From an archaeon (GTDB taxonomy: Archaea; Nanobdellota; Nanobdellia; Pacearchaeales; GW2011-AR1), in NCBI GenBank assembly GCA_018657525.1, contig JABHWZ010000004.1, positions 26,245 through 90,244 on the forward strand: a stretch of 64,000 bases of DNA. The letters are read 5' to 3'. The notes beneath the pieces were generated by a model, which did not search any database, was not told the origin of the DNA, and saw only the letters and a program-made list of their open reading frames with translations. Below, one piece after another: positions 47,934 through 57,641 of this stretch (positions are counted from its first letter, which is position 1; every line of letters begins with the position of its first letter). The position numbers and the translations under genes were made by a program.

Positions 47934-48920
47934 TTAATCACATGTTTCAATTTTTTCTTTTGTTATATACTGATATGCAGAATAAGCTGCAGTGCAACCA
48001 TCCGCCACTCCAATAATTAATTGTTTGAATTCTTTATCAGTTACATCCCCTGCTGCGAAAATCCCTTTAACATTAGTTAAACAATTTTTATGGTCAATTA
48101 TTATTTCATCTTTCTTATTTGTTTTAACTCCAATATCTTTTGCTAATCCCGAAAGAACCTTATGGCCAATTGCAACAAAAACAGCATTAACTTCTAATTC
48201 TTTCTTCTTTTTGTAGGGTTTATCCAAAGTCACTGATTCAGCTTTGGAACTTCCTTTAACTTCTATGACGTTTGTTTTATTTATTACTTTAATTTTTTTA
48301 TTCTCTTTAATTTTTTCTAAATTTGTCGGTTCAGGATGAATCTTTTCCCCTCGATAAATCATGTAAACTTTATCTGCATATTGAGCTAAAATAAGTGCAT
48401 CAATCGCAGCACTATCTGACCCTCCAATAACTGCCACAGTTTTCCCCCTATACAAAGGACCATCACATAAGGCACAATAATTAATTCCTCTTCTGTCAAA
48501 TTTTTCAGAACCTTTCACAGTTTTTGGAAGTTTCCTCCATTTTGTTCCTGTTGCAAAAATAATTGCCTTTGATTTATATCCTTCTTTTTCAGTTTTAATA
48601 TTAAAACAAGTTTTCATTTTTTCCACTGATTCAGCTTTTTCAGTTTTAATAGTAATATCTTCATAATTTCTTGCATGTTCTTCGATTTTTCTAGCAAGTT
48701 CCATCCCTCCAATTTTTTTAAAACCAGGATAATTTTCCACCACATTTGTTGTAGTGATAACTCCTCCAATTGGTAACTCGGAACCATGAGGAGTCCCTAA
48801 AACCAAAGTTTTCAAACCCAATCTTGAAGCATACATTCCCGCGGCCAAACCTGTTCCTCCTGCACCGATAATAATCAAATCATAATTTTCTTTAACAACT
48901 TCTTTTCCCTCTTTTTTCAT
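47934..48920 (-). CDS. trxB: thioredoxin-disulfide reductase-like FAD/NAD(P) oxidoreductase
   Basis: FAD-binding IIGAGGTGLAAG; redox CALCDGPLYRGKTVAVIGGSDSA (TrxB CAxCDG then NAD site); C-terminal GIFAAGDV. Confidence 0.8.
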   Translation of the reverse strand: MKKEGKEVVKENYDLIIIGAGGTGLAAGMYASRLGLKTLVLGTPHGSELPIGGVITTTNVVENYPGFKKIGGMELARKIEEHARNYEDITIKTEKAESVEKMKTCFNIKTEKEGYKSKAIIFATGTKWRKLPKTVKGSEKFDRRGINYCALCDGPLYRGKTVAVIGGSDSAAIDALILAQYADKVYMIYRGEKIHPEPTNLEKIKENKKIKVINKTNVIEVKGSSKAESVTLDKPYKKKKELEVNAVFVAIGHKVLSGLAKDIGVKTNKKDEIIIDHKNCLTNVKGIFAAGDVTDKEFKQLIIGVADGCTAAYSAYQYITKEKIETCD

Positions 48921-48960
48921 ATTATCTTCCTATTTTTATTTAATTTAAATGTTCCCTTTT

Positions 48961-49314
48961 TTATCCCCGCCATCGATCAATTTTATTTTCAACTTTGGTA
49001 GACCAGCTTTGGATAATCTGTTTTATTTTTTTTCTAATCTGCATTTTTGAATTACATTCATAGGTAAAAATATACCCTCCATTTTGCAAATTCTTTTGAT
49101 GTCTAATTATAACTTCTTGCCCAAATAATTTTTTTACTGCTTTTTGAATTGTAGTTAAACCTAAATTTAATTTTTTAATCATCCCTATAGTGGTATGTTC
49201 TGTTTTGGAATTAGCTAAAAAATATTTAAAAATTTCAAATTCCTTTTTAGTCAGTCCTAATCCACATTTAATAATATCATCCAAATTAAACTTTTTACAC
49301 GCAAAGTTTATCAT
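48961..49314 (-). CDS. putative winged-helix transcriptional regulator
   Basis: segment [13 protein letters not shown]...[22 protein letters not shown] resembles a MarR/TrmB-type wHTH; 4-bp overlap with the thioredoxin gene. Confidence 0.4.
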   Translation of the reverse strand: MINFACKKFNLDDIIKCGLGLTKKEFEIFKYFLANSKTEHTTIGMIKKLNLGLTTIQKAVKKLFGQEVIIRHQKNLQNGGYIFTYECNSKMQIRKKIKQIIQSWSTKVENKIDRWRG

Positions 49315-49634
49315 CCTAGAATAGATTCAATTTTTTCTTTCAAAGCTTCTTTCGGCACAAATCCCACAATTCTATCAATTTCTTTCCCATCTTTAGTTAC
49401 AATCAGACAAGGGATCCCACTAACCTCAAATTGTGCAGGAAGATTCTCTTCCTCTTCGATATTAACCTTGACAAATTTTAGTTTCCCAACAAAGTCTTCA
49501 CTAAGTTCTTCAAAAACCGGGCCCATCATTTGACACGGACCACACCACGAAGCCCAGAAATCAATGATTACAGGAATTTCTGATTTTTCAACTTCCTCTT
49601 GGAAATTCAAACTTATTACTTTTTTTGTTGTCAT
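49311..49634 (-). CDS. trxA: thioredoxin (WCGPC)
   Basis: [18 protein letters not shown] active site; 107 aa. Confidence 0.85.
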   Translation of the reverse strand: MTTKKVISLNFQEEVEKSEIPVIIDFWASWCGPCQMMGPVFEELSEDFVGKLKFVKVNIEEEENLPAQFEVSGIPCLIVTKDGKEIDRIVGFVPKEALKEKIESILG

Positions 49635-49769
49635 TTTTGCTCCAATACTTCACAATTTAGAGTACCTAATTGCACTTTATAAGTACTTATATAATCAAGA
49701 AGTACTATTTAAACCTTTCTCAGATAAATTTTCCACAACTTTTATAATCTCCACCCTCCTTTCTTAAAT

Positions 49770-50522
49770 ATGAAAAAGAAAGTTTTACTTTTAGGTGCTT
49801 CTGGAAATATTGGAACCGGTTTCATAGAAAACTATTTGGAAAATCAAGAATATCAAAAAGATTACGATTTGATTATTGGAATTCATCAACACAATTCAAT
49901 AACAGACAAACTTAAAACAAGAAAGTTTTCACTAACAGATTTAGATTCTTTAAGAAAAGCATTCCAAGGAATTGATGTAATAATCAACTTAGCCGCCAAT
50001 CCACATCCCGAAGCTGATTTCGAAAATTTAATCGATTCCAATTTAATCGGAGCTTATAATGTTTTCCAAATTGCAAAAGAAAAAAAAGTTGCGAGAGTAA
50101 TTTTTGCAAGTAGTGTGCATGCTATAAAAGGTTATGATTTAGATTACAAAGTCAGAGCAGAGGACGCACCAAAACCTCTAACAATTTACGGAGCAACAAA
50201 AGCATTTGGCGAAGCACTTTGTTACACTTTTTCACAAAATTCAGAATTATCTTGCATTGCAATACGAATCGGAGCTTACGCAGCAAAAGAAAAAATGCAC
50301 AATGTTTGTTCTCAGAGAACAGATTATCATTACGTCGTAAGTCAAAAAGACCTTTCCCAATTAATCCATAAAACAATTATTGCTCCAGAAAAAATCAAAT
50401 ATACAATTCTAGCTGGAATATCAAACAATAAAAAACATAGTATGGATTTAGAACTCGCAAAAAAGTTAGTTAATTACAATCCTAAAGACGACGCTTATGC
50501 AATTTGTGAGAAGACTAGATAA
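49770..50522 (+). CDS. NAD(P)-dependent epimerase/dehydratase-family (SDR-like) protein
   Basis: Rossmann LLLGASGNIGTG at the N-terminus; YxxxK-like YGATK. Confidence 0.65.
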   Translation: MKKKVLLLGASGNIGTGFIENYLENQEYQKDYDLIIGIHQHNSITDKLKTRKFSLTDLDSLRKAFQGIDVIINLAANPHPEADFENLIDSNLIGAYNVFQIAKEKKVARVIFASSVHAIKGYDLDYKVRAEDAPKPLTIYGATKAFGEALCYTFSQNSELSCIAIRIGAYAAKEKMHNVCSQRTDYHYVVSQKDLSQLIHKTIIAPEKIKYTILAGISNNKKHSMDLELAKKLVNYNPKDDAYAICEKTR

Positions 50523-51384
50523 AATAATAATCATAAAATAATCTTTTATTGATATAAAATAATATCCCTAAGAGGCCAGTAAAAGACAATATTAATGCCA
50601 CCCAATTTAATGAATTCTCCCCGAGCTCTTTAATTATATTCCCAGTAATACTTGAATTAATTAAAAACATACTAAAACTCAATAATGCTATCCCAATACT
50701 CAAGCATAATTTTTGAGATAAGTCTTTGCTTTTTTGTTTGATTAATCCTCCACTTACATATTCTTCTCCTTCTTGCCTGTATTGTGAAAAACAATAATCC
50801 TCTGTAGGAACTATTTTAAATCTAAATTTTGCATCTCTCGAAAGGTCATCTAGCGCAGAATGCAACATACTTTGTTTACCTATCCTACATTTCGAAGTTT
50901 TAACCTTCCGCTTAAATCTCACAATTAGATTTCTTTTTCTATCTTCATCTATTCTGTCTGTTTCTTTTGATTTTTTCATAACCAAATAACCTGCTAACTG
51001 CCCTGAAGGTTTTTCTTTATATGCAATTACTGCAGTCTTCACTCTTGAATCTCTCAAAAAAGCATCAACATCCTCTGGACTTGGAGCAACAGTTATAGAT
51101 TTTTTGGAAGGCAAAAATCTATGAGTATGTATCAAAGTGTAAGGTTTTTTCCCGTGTCTTTCACTTAAGAATAGGGCCTTAAGTGGATGGACTTCCACTC
51201 CCCCTTCTTCAGGCAAGGCACTCACATCAACCGGTTCTTCCCCGGGAAATTTGATTAGGGCTTCTTCAGTTTTTGTATATCCACTCCCCTCAATAATCTC
51301 TCTAGGACTTTTCCTTTTTTTCATATTAAAAGATTTATTGAGATATTTAAATAATTTTGCTTTGGAAAAAGAAAAGTCCCCCAA
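50515..51384 (-). CDS. hypothetical protein with C-terminal transmembrane anchor
   Basis: 289-aa ORF; C-terminal TMs LCLSIGIALLSFSMFLI and WVALILSFTGLLGILFYI. Confidence 0.45.
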   Translation of the reverse strand: MGDFSFSKAKLFKYLNKSFNMKKRKSPREIIEGSGYTKTEEALIKFPGEEPVDVSALPEEGGVEVHPLKALFLSERHGKKPYTLIHTHRFLPSKKSITVAPSPEDVDAFLRDSRVKTAVIAYKEKPSGQLAGYLVMKKSKETDRIDEDRKRNLIVRFKRKVKTSKCRIGKQSMLHSALDDLSRDAKFRFKIVPTEDYCFSQYRQEGEEYVSGGLIKQKSKDLSQKLCLSIGIALLSFSMFLINSSITGNIIKELGENSLNWVALILSFTGLLGILFYINKRLFYDYYFI

Positions 51385-51415
51385 AATTTATAAACCATCC
51401 ACCCTTATTTTCAAT

Positions 51416-52159
51416 ATGGAAAAAGCAGTTCAGATAACTTTGATAATTTGTGGAACAATTTTATTCTTGGGATTAGTAGCTTTCTCAATAATTAGTCCTG
51501 CATTTCCACAAACTAATACTGTGACTGGAACAGGTGAAGCCTCAATAAAAGTTACTCCTGACATCGTTGGAGTTTACTTCAATGTAGAAACTTCTGGAAC
51601 AACAAGCAAAGAAGCAAAAGACGCAAACTCTGAAATTGTGGATGGTTTAATAACTGAATTACTAAAGCAAGGATTTGAAAGAAAACAAATTCAAACTCAA
51701 AATTTTAATATTTATGAAGATTATGATTGGACAAATGGGCAAAGAATTCCAAAAGGTTTCAAAGCAACACATTCAATTAAGGTAGAATTGTCTTCAGAAA
51801 ATTCTGAGAAAATAGGTGAAATAATCGACGCTGGAGTTGACGCAGGAGCAAGAATTAGTTACATAAATTTTGAGTTAAGCCAAGAACTTCAAAATACTCA
51901 TAAAGCAGAAGCAATGAAACTTGCTGCTCAAGATGCGAAAACAAAAGCAAACGCAATCGCAGAAGGGTTATCCGAAAAATTGGGGAACTTAGTTTCAACA
52001 TCAAGTAATGACTTTGATTATCAACCTTGGAGACTACATGAGGCAGTTGGTTCGGGGATATCTGAAGACGCTGAATTAGCAAAAGAAGCTTCAACAAATA
52101 TCCAACCTTCTGAAAGAGAAATATCTGCACGAGTTACAGCAGTTTTTAAATTAAAATAA
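51416..52159 (+). CDS. SIMPL/DUF541-domain secreted or membrane-anchored protein
   Basis: N-terminal signal/TM ITLIICGTILFLGLVAFS; body matches the SIMPL family (FERKQIQTQNFNIYEDYDW..., KLAAQDAKTKANAIAEGL); the track ORF is N-terminally over-extended, ATG at 51416 preferred. Confidence 0.65.
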   Translation: MEKAVQITLIICGTILFLGLVAFSIISPAFPQTNTVTGTGEASIKVTPDIVGVYFNVETSGTTSKEAKDANSEIVDGLITELLKQGFERKQIQTQNFNIYEDYDWTNGQRIPKGFKATHSIKVELSSENSEKIGEIIDAGVDAGARISYINFELSQELQNTHKAEAMKLAAQDAKTKANAIAEGLSEKLGNLVSTSSNDFDYQPWRLHEAVGSGISEDAELAKEASTNIQPSEREISARVTAVFKLK

Positions 52160-52195
52160 AAATTTAAAAAATTATTTAATTTATGAATCAGTTAT

Positions 52196-52411
52196 TTACC
52201 TACATCCACAACTTCCACTGCTAACTGCTCCACATGTTGCTCTTCCACAATTGTTTTCAAGTGTGCAACTATTTCCACAAGTCGTTCCGCAACTAAGCGC
52301 ATCAGTTTGTTCAGTGTCAGTTGATGAATCAGTAGTAACCGCATTAATTGTCGTGATTCCAGCAAAAACTAAAACCAACGCAATAACTCCTAATGTTATC
52401 CATAGCTTCAT
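52196..52411 (-). CDS. secreted Cys-rich small peptide precursor (71 aa; signal peptide plus 8-Cys C-terminal core)
   Basis: N-terminal Sec-like signal MKLWITLGVIALVLVFAGITTINA; Thr/Asp-rich linker; C-terminal core SCGTTCGNSCTLENNCGRATCGAVSSGSCGCR with 8 Cys in 32 residues. Confidence 0.55.
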   Translation of the reverse strand: MKLWITLGVIALVLVFAGITTINAVTTDSSTDTEQTDALSCGTTCGNSCTLENNCGRATCGAVSSGSCGCR

Positions 52412-52489
52412 ATTTATACCTCCAATTTAATTGAAATAATAAAAAAATAATTTTATATAATCGGTTCGCTGAAACTAGTTACATTTTAT

Positions 52490-52582
52490 TTAAGCACAAC
52501 AAAATTATTCATCGTGTCAAGAAAACTTCAATATATCTTAATGCTTTGATTAATTTTGCTTAAGCACAACAAAATTATTCAT
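52490..52582. repeat. perfect 23-bp direct repeat (two copies, 70 bp start-to-start) upstream of the Cys-rich peptide gene
   Basis: ttaagcacaacaaaattattcat at 52490-52512 and 52560-52582; the second copy lies within the last codons of the regulator gene at 52550-53023. Confidence 0.8.
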
Positions 52583-53023
52583 TCCTCTTCGCTTTCTTTC
52601 TACAATTTCTCGTGCTTCTAGCTTATCTAAAAGCCGAGTCATTCCAACTTTTCCAATTCCCAATTCTTCCATCAATGTTTTCTGAAACATTCCCCCTTCC
52701 TTCTGAAGCATTTCAATAGCTTGTTTCTCCCGCACATTTAATCCCTTCAATTCAATTGGCTTCTTTTTCTCTTTTACTATTTTATATTTAATTTTCTCTC
52801 GCGGTTTTGTATTCATTATAACTAACCCAATAATTAAAATAACTGCAACAATACTTAGACTTATCCAAGTTTGAATATTAGCATTTGTGTACATTCCACA
52901 CGTGGGTCCATGCGAACAACTTATATCTAGATTTGCCTTTATCAAATTATTAAATATCCAAACCATGGCTCCCATTACCCCTGAAATTCCCACAATTAAC
53001 CAACCGACATTTTTATTTTCCAT
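52550..53023 (-). CDS. membrane-anchored winged-helix (MarR/ArsR-like) transcriptional regulator
   Basis: two TM helices (WLIVGISGVMGAMVWIF and WISLSIVAVILIIGLVIM) followed by wHTH QKTLMEELGIGKVGMTRLLDKLEAREIVERKRRGMNNFVVL. Confidence 0.6.
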   Translation of the reverse strand: MENKNVGWLIVGISGVMGAMVWIFNNLIKANLDISCSHGPTCGMYTNANIQTWISLSIVAVILIIGLVIMNTKPREKIKYKIVKEKKKPIELKGLNVREKQAIEMLQKEGGMFQKTLMEELGIGKVGMTRLLDKLEAREIVERKRRGMNNFVVLKQN

Positions 53024-53405
53024 TTATTTTCCCCTCATAATTTTTAATTGCCTTCCCAAGTGCTTCAATTCCTAAAATAGAACAATGAACTTTTATTCTG
53101 GGCATTCCCCCCAAAGCTTTCACAATATCCTCTTTTTTTATTTTCTTTGCCTGTTCTAAAGTTTTACCTTTTGCTAATTCACAAACAACATCTGAAGCTG
53201 CTATCGCAGCTCCACATCCAAAAGTCTTAAATCCAATATCCTTGATCACTTTTGTCTTTTTATCTAACTTGAATTCTAAATGCATAACATCCCCGCACGC
53301 AACATTTCCAACTTCTCCAACAGCGTCGGGATTTTTTACATCTTTTACAAATTTTGGATTTTGAAATCTTTTTAAAAGTTCTTTGGTGTAATTTAATTGT
53401 ATCAT
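53013..53405 (-). CDS. iscU: Fe-S cluster assembly scaffold IscU/NifU-like
   Basis: three conserved Cys in GNVACGDV, FGCGAAIA and HCSILG. Confidence 0.8.
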   Translation of the reverse strand: MIQLNYTKELLKRFQNPKFVKDVKNPDAVGEVGNVACGDVMHLEFKLDKKTKVIKDIGFKTFGCGAAIAASDVVCELAKGKTLEQAKKIKKEDIVKALGGMPRIKVHCSILGIEALGKAIKNYEGKINGK

Positions 53406-53456
53406 TTTAAATTATGCCAAAGAAAATATTCATATTTACTTTAGTATAGGTGTTAT

Positions 53457-54335
53457 TCATTTTGCATGAATGTATTTTAATTTACTTAGTTCTTGAACAT
53501 ACTTTTTCCTGACTTCTTCATTTTCTTCAATTCTACAATTTCCCCAGGTTCCTGGACTTCCCCAAGTTTTATCTTTTATCCAATCCCAATTAATATAACA
53601 AAAAGCCTTGATTTGCTTATGTTTTCCAATCCATTCAAAATATGGTTTAAACCAGTTATCCCAACTTTTTTCTCCATCTAAAACTCCAACTTCTGCAGCA
53701 GTTGATTCTCCAATCATCACCGGTTTTTTATGTTTTTTAGCTAATGTTAAAAAATCTTCTACAGGCTTATATTTTCCTGTCAAGTGCCTAGCAAAGAACA
53801 CATCTATCCCAAACCAATCCACATAATCATCTCCGGGATAATATTTTTCAACAGGATCTGTTCCATTAAATGGGCAAGCACACCAAACAGTAGCAATATT
53901 TTCAATTTTAGCTTTTCTAAATTTATCTGTGATATATTGCCACGCCTCCACAAAATTATCTGAATCATATTTTCCTTTTTTATCAAATTCATATCCTATC
54001 CTAATAAATGTTGACCTTTTCATTTTTTGAATCATTCTAAAAAATTTATCCAAATCTTCATCATACTTTCCAGCCAACACCTTAGAGGTTTGATCTTTTC
54101 CATCAGCATCTAATAATTTTAATCCAATTTGCAACATCAGATCTGGAAATTGTTTTAATTCATTTCTAATTTTTTTTATCCATTGTTGAATTTTATGAAT
54201 TTTTGCATAAGTCATATATATGGCTGGTTTAAATTCTTCAACGGAATCAGAATATTTTTTAAATTGTTCTAAACTTTGTCCTGCGCCATGGATTACTTTA
54301 TTCCCTTTTGGCTCAAATTTTTGATTAAAATTCAT
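53457..54335 (-). CDS. glycoside-hydrolase-like TIM-barrel protein (GH26/GH113-like)
   Basis: segments WCACPFNG, YYPGDDYVDWFGIDVF and MIGESTAAE resemble GH26-type mannanase blocks; assignment tentative. Confidence 0.45.
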   Translation of the reverse strand: MNFNQKFEPKGNKVIHGAGQSLEQFKKYSDSVEEFKPAIYMTYAKIHKIQQWIKKIRNELKQFPDLMLQIGLKLLDADGKDQTSKVLAGKYDEDLDKFFRMIQKMKRSTFIRIGYEFDKKGKYDSDNFVEAWQYITDKFRKAKIENIATVWCACPFNGTDPVEKYYPGDDYVDWFGIDVFFARHLTGKYKPVEDFLTLAKKHKKPVMIGESTAAEVGVLDGEKSWDNWFKPYFEWIGKHKQIKAFCYINWDWIKDKTWGSPGTWGNCRIEENEEVRKKYVQELSKLKYIHAK

Positions 54336-54730
54336 TTTATTTTCAATGGTAAAAAAGGTTTAATTGCTTTCCGCAGTTGTGGATACGTCCATTTCTTTTG
54401 GAACGAAATATAATCAAGTTCTTTTAAATGAGCTAGTGCTTCAGGGATTAATCTTTTTGAATCTGTAACATTAATTTCAATAAATTTGTTTTTTCCAATA
54501 TTAAATTTATTTTGCAAAACATCTTTTAACCTTTTTCTGACAGTGATAATTATATCTGCCCAATCAACATCTTCTTGTGAAATAGGATTCCACTTCATAT
54601 TTGGATCTTCAAAACCTTCGGCTCCACCATACCTTGTTTTATATCCTTTTCTCCCAAGATATTCTGCAAGATACTTACTCCGATTAAGTCCTTTAGAACA
54701 TACAGCCAATACTTTAATTTTTTCTTTCAC
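54332..54730 (-). CDS. low-molecular-weight protein-tyrosine phosphatase / ArsC-like arsenate reductase family
   Basis: N-terminal CX5R P-loop VLAVCSKGLNRSKYLAEYL; 132 aa. Confidence 0.6.
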   Translation of the reverse strand: MKEKIKVLAVCSKGLNRSKYLAEYLGRKGYKTRYGGAEGFEDPNMKWNPISQEDVDWADIIITVRKRLKDVLQNKFNIGKNKFIEINVTDSKRLIPEALAHLKELDYISFQKKWTYPQLRKAIKPFLPLKIK

Positions 54731-54996
54731 TCCAGTGCCTCCAACTTTTTCATCAATTCATTAATTTCTTTTTCAGAAAACCCGTGTGCCTGACAGCCCT
54801 GTTCAATGGATTCCATCTGCGACATCGGGCATCCAAAACAATGCATTCCAGCTTCCAATAAAACTTCTGCCGACTCTGGAATTTTATCAAGCAGTTCTGA
54901 AAAAGTCATGTCTTTTGTAATCTTTGCCCCAGCATTCCGCAATTTGGGGTACACTGAGCAGTGTTGTTTTTTCATTTCAATTTTTCTGGTTTCCAA
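54727..54996 (-). CDS. DUF1858-like redox-disulfide small protein
   Basis: TFSELLDKIPESAEVLLEAGMHCFGCPMSQMESIEQGCQAHG matches the DUF1858 pattern including the paired Cys. Confidence 0.5.
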   Translation of the reverse strand: METRKIEMKKQHCSVYPKLRNAGAKITKDMTFSELLDKIPESAEVLLEAGMHCFGCPMSQMESIEQGCQAHGFSEKEINELMKKLEALE

Positions 54997-55364
54997 TTTA
55001 ATTCTTTCATTCTCTTTCTAGCAAAATCTTCCATCCCCTGTTTAACAACCAGCACATCTAATTTATGGAGGATATTGTTAATTTGAATTTTACCTCCACG
55101 ATAAAGTTTCCACCAATCTCTCTCAGTGTTTAGGAATTTCCAATCCTTGGGAATAGAATCTTCAGGAACAATCGCTACTAAATCAATATCACTCCCATCA
55201 TGATTTCTGTAGGAAGTTTCATATTTACCAAATTCTCCAGTCGTAGAGCTTCCGACTAAGTATGCTTCTTTAACTTCGGGAACTAATTGTGATTTAACAA
55301 ATTTAATAATTCTTTGATGGACTTCCTCCTGATTCGAATAAATTATCTTTTTTGGTTTAGTCAT
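54972..55364 (-). CDS. nucleotidyltransferase-domain protein (Pol-beta-like NTase)
   Basis: GS-x-(9-13)-Dh[DE]h NTase motif: [31 protein letters not shown]. Confidence 0.6.
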   Translation of the reverse strand: MTKPKKIIYSNQEEVHQRIIKFVKSQLVPEVKEAYLVGSSTTGEFGKYETSYRNHDGSDIDLVAIVPEDSIPKDWKFLNTERDWWKLYRGGKIQINNILHKLDVLVVKQGMEDFARKRMKELNWKPEKLK

Positions 55365-56100
55365 TTTTACTTAGTTCCAATTTTAAACTTTCTAATTTAA
55401 TTCCTGAATATTGCACCTTACTTATCTCTTTATCTTCCCCAAGAATTTTAATTTTAAATCCCTCTTTTTTTATCAAATCTAAATAATCTTCCTTTTGTAA
55501 TGCTCCCGCCACACATCCAGAAATTAAATCTGGATTATTTTTTTGTTCTTTTGTTAGTTCTCCTAATAGAACTATATCTGAAACATACATCTGTCCATTA
55601 TTCTTCAGAACTCTTTTTGCTTCTTGAAAGACTTTTGATTTATCTACTGAAAGATTAATCACACAATTACTGATTATTAAATTAACACTTTCATCTCCTA
55701 ATGGAAGATTTTCTATTTCTCCAAGTTTAAATTCAACATTTTGATAATTATTTTTTGCAGCATTTTCCCTTGCCCTTTTCACCATTTCCGGCGTCATATC
55801 AACCCCAATAACTTTGCCTTTCTTTCCAACTTTCTTGGAAGCAAGAAAACAATCAAAACCTGCTCCACTTCCTAAATCTAGAACAATATCTCCCTCTTTA
55901 ATTTGAGCAAGCGCAATAGGATTTCCACAACCTAACCCAAGATTTCCTGGGGCACCTAACTCATCTTCTGAGTAACCGATATTTCTTGCAATATTTTCTT
56001 GTTCATCTTTTTTGCAACTACAAGTACAACATGAGCCTTTATTTGTAGCAATATTTGTATAATTCTTTTTTACTATTTTTTTTATTTCTTCAGTTTGCAT
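55357..56100 (-). CDS. arsM: arsenite S-adenosylmethionine methyltransferase-like (ArsM family)
   Basis: SAM motif [13 protein letters not shown]; three ArsM-type Cys contexts GCGNP, SNCVINL and ISGCVAG. Confidence 0.65.
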   Translation of the reverse strand: MQTEEIKKIVKKNYTNIATNKGSCCTCSCKKDEQENIARNIGYSEDELGAPGNLGLGCGNPIALAQIKEGDIVLDLGSGAGFDCFLASKKVGKKGKVIGVDMTPEMVKRARENAAKNNYQNVEFKLGEIENLPLGDESVNLIISNCVINLSVDKSKVFQEAKRVLKNNGQMYVSDIVLLGELTKEQKNNPDLISGCVAGALQKEDYLDLIKKEGFKIKILGEDKEISKVQYSGIKLESLKLELSKND

Positions 56101-57267
56101 TTAAATGTCCCCCACCAACGGACTTATCCGTCGCAGTTTTTCAACTGTTTTTTTTAATTGCTCAATTGCAAAATCAATTTCTTCTTTTGTTGTATATTTA
56201 CTGATTGAAATTCTAATGGATGAATTTGCTTCCAAAGGAGTTTTACCAATAGCTAATAAAACATGACTCGGGTCTAAATTTTTTGACGAGCAAGCTGAAC
56301 CAGTTGAAGTAAAAATTCCAGCTGAATTTAAAAAACTACCAATTGCTTCCCCTTCAATGTTATTAAAACATAAATTAATATTATTACAAAGCCTATCTTC
56401 TCTAGATGGACCATTCAAACTAACATTTGAAATTTCATTAGTAATTTTTTCAATAAAGTAATCTCTTAATTTTTTAATCCTCTTGACATCTCGATTTGAA
56501 GCAACTTGAACTGCTTTCCCAAAACCAACAATTCCCGGAACATTTTCTGTTGAACTTCTCAATTTAAATTCCTGCCCCCCACCATGCAATAAAGGGGTAA
56601 TTTTAATCCCCTCCCGAATATATAAAGCACCAACTCCCTTCGGACCATGAATCTTGTGTGCATTAATTGTCATCAAATCTAAATTCATTTTTTTAATTTT
56701 AATAGGAACTTTTGTAAAACTCTGACAAGCATCTGTATGAAACAAAACATTTTTTTCTTGACAAATTTTTCCTATTTCTTGTAAATGTTGAATAGTCCCA
56801 ATTTCATTGTTCCCGTGAATCACTGAAACTAAAATTGTTTTTTCTGTAATAGCATCTGCAACATCTTGAGGATTTACAAAGCCGGTTGCATCAACATCCA
56901 AATAAGTAACCTTGCCTCCTTGAGTTACAACCCATTTACATGCATTCAAAATACAATCGTGTTCAATTTTTGTAGTTATAATATGGTTCTTCCCACTTTT
57001 GATTGTCTGCTCTTTTAAAAATAATCCTTTAATCACAAAATTATTAGCTTCTGTTCCACTTCCGGTAAAAATAATATCTTTAAATTTTGCTCCAATTTCT
57101 CGAGCGATTATTTCCCGCGCCTCATCCAATCCTCTCTTAGCTTCCTGTCCCTTAAAATGTAGTGACGACGGATTACCATAATTTTCAGTTAAATAACTTT
57201 GCATTGCTTTAGCCACTTTTTCGTCAACCTTTGTTGTTGCCGCATTGTCAAGATATATTTCTTTCAT
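56101..57267 (-). CDS. cysteine desulfurase (NifS/IscS, class V aminotransferase)
   Basis: N-terminus IYLDNAATTKVDEKV; PLP lysine context INAHKIHGPKGVGALY; active-site Cys loop STGSACSS. Confidence 0.85.
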   Translation of the reverse strand: MKEIYLDNAATTKVDEKVAKAMQSYLTENYGNPSSLHFKGQEAKRGLDEAREIIAREIGAKFKDIIFTGSGTEANNFVIKGLFLKEQTIKSGKNHIITTKIEHDCILNACKWVVTQGGKVTYLDVDATGFVNPQDVADAITEKTILVSVIHGNNEIGTIQHLQEIGKICQEKNVLFHTDACQSFTKVPIKIKKMNLDLMTINAHKIHGPKGVGALYIREGIKITPLLHGGGQEFKLRSSTENVPGIVGFGKAVQVASNRDVKRIKKLRDYFIEKITNEISNVSLNGPSREDRLCNNINLCFNNIEGEAIGSFLNSAGIFTSTGSACSSKNLDPSHVLLAIGKTPLEANSSIRISISKYTTKEEIDFAIEQLKKTVEKLRRISPLVGDI

Positions 57268-57641
57268 TTTAATTTAACCTTTAAATTTTTCAAAATATCT
57301 AAAGTTTGACTCAAATCTTTTTCTTTAACTAATAAATGATCAGTAGAATATGAAGATACAACAAAGATACTTATTCCTGCTTTAGCTAACGCACTGGATA
57401 TTTTAGCGATAAAGCCAACTAATTCAAAATCAAGAACTATCTCAAAAGTAATCAGTTTCCAGTCTTTTTCAATTTTGATAATATCTTTTTTGTTAATTTC
57501 ACCCTCCTCAATAATTACCGTAATCTCTTTCTTATCTTTAATATTTGCAAAAGCTTCGGGACAGATTTTTTTAGATTTAACTACCCAAAATTTTTCATCC
57601 CAAATATGAATCATTTCCTTTTTCATTTCCCCCCTCCACAA
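57264..57641 (-). CDS. small ACT-like domain protein
   Basis: 125 aa; beta-alpha-beta pattern LVGFIAKISSALAKAGISIFVVSSYSTDHLLV typical of ACT/DUF ligand-binding folds. Confidence 0.4.
   Translation of the reverse strand: MWRGEMKKEMIHIWDEKFWVVKSKKICPEAFANIKDKKEITVIIEEGEINKKDIIKIEKDWKLITFEIVLDFELVGFIAKISSALAKAGISIFVVSSYSTDHLLVKEKDLSQTLDILKNLKVKLK

Noticed and set aside
52490-52582. CRISPR array
   Set aside because: Only two copies of the 23-bp repeat with one 47-bp spacer and no cas genes; no other regularly spaced repeat series was seen anywhere in the window.
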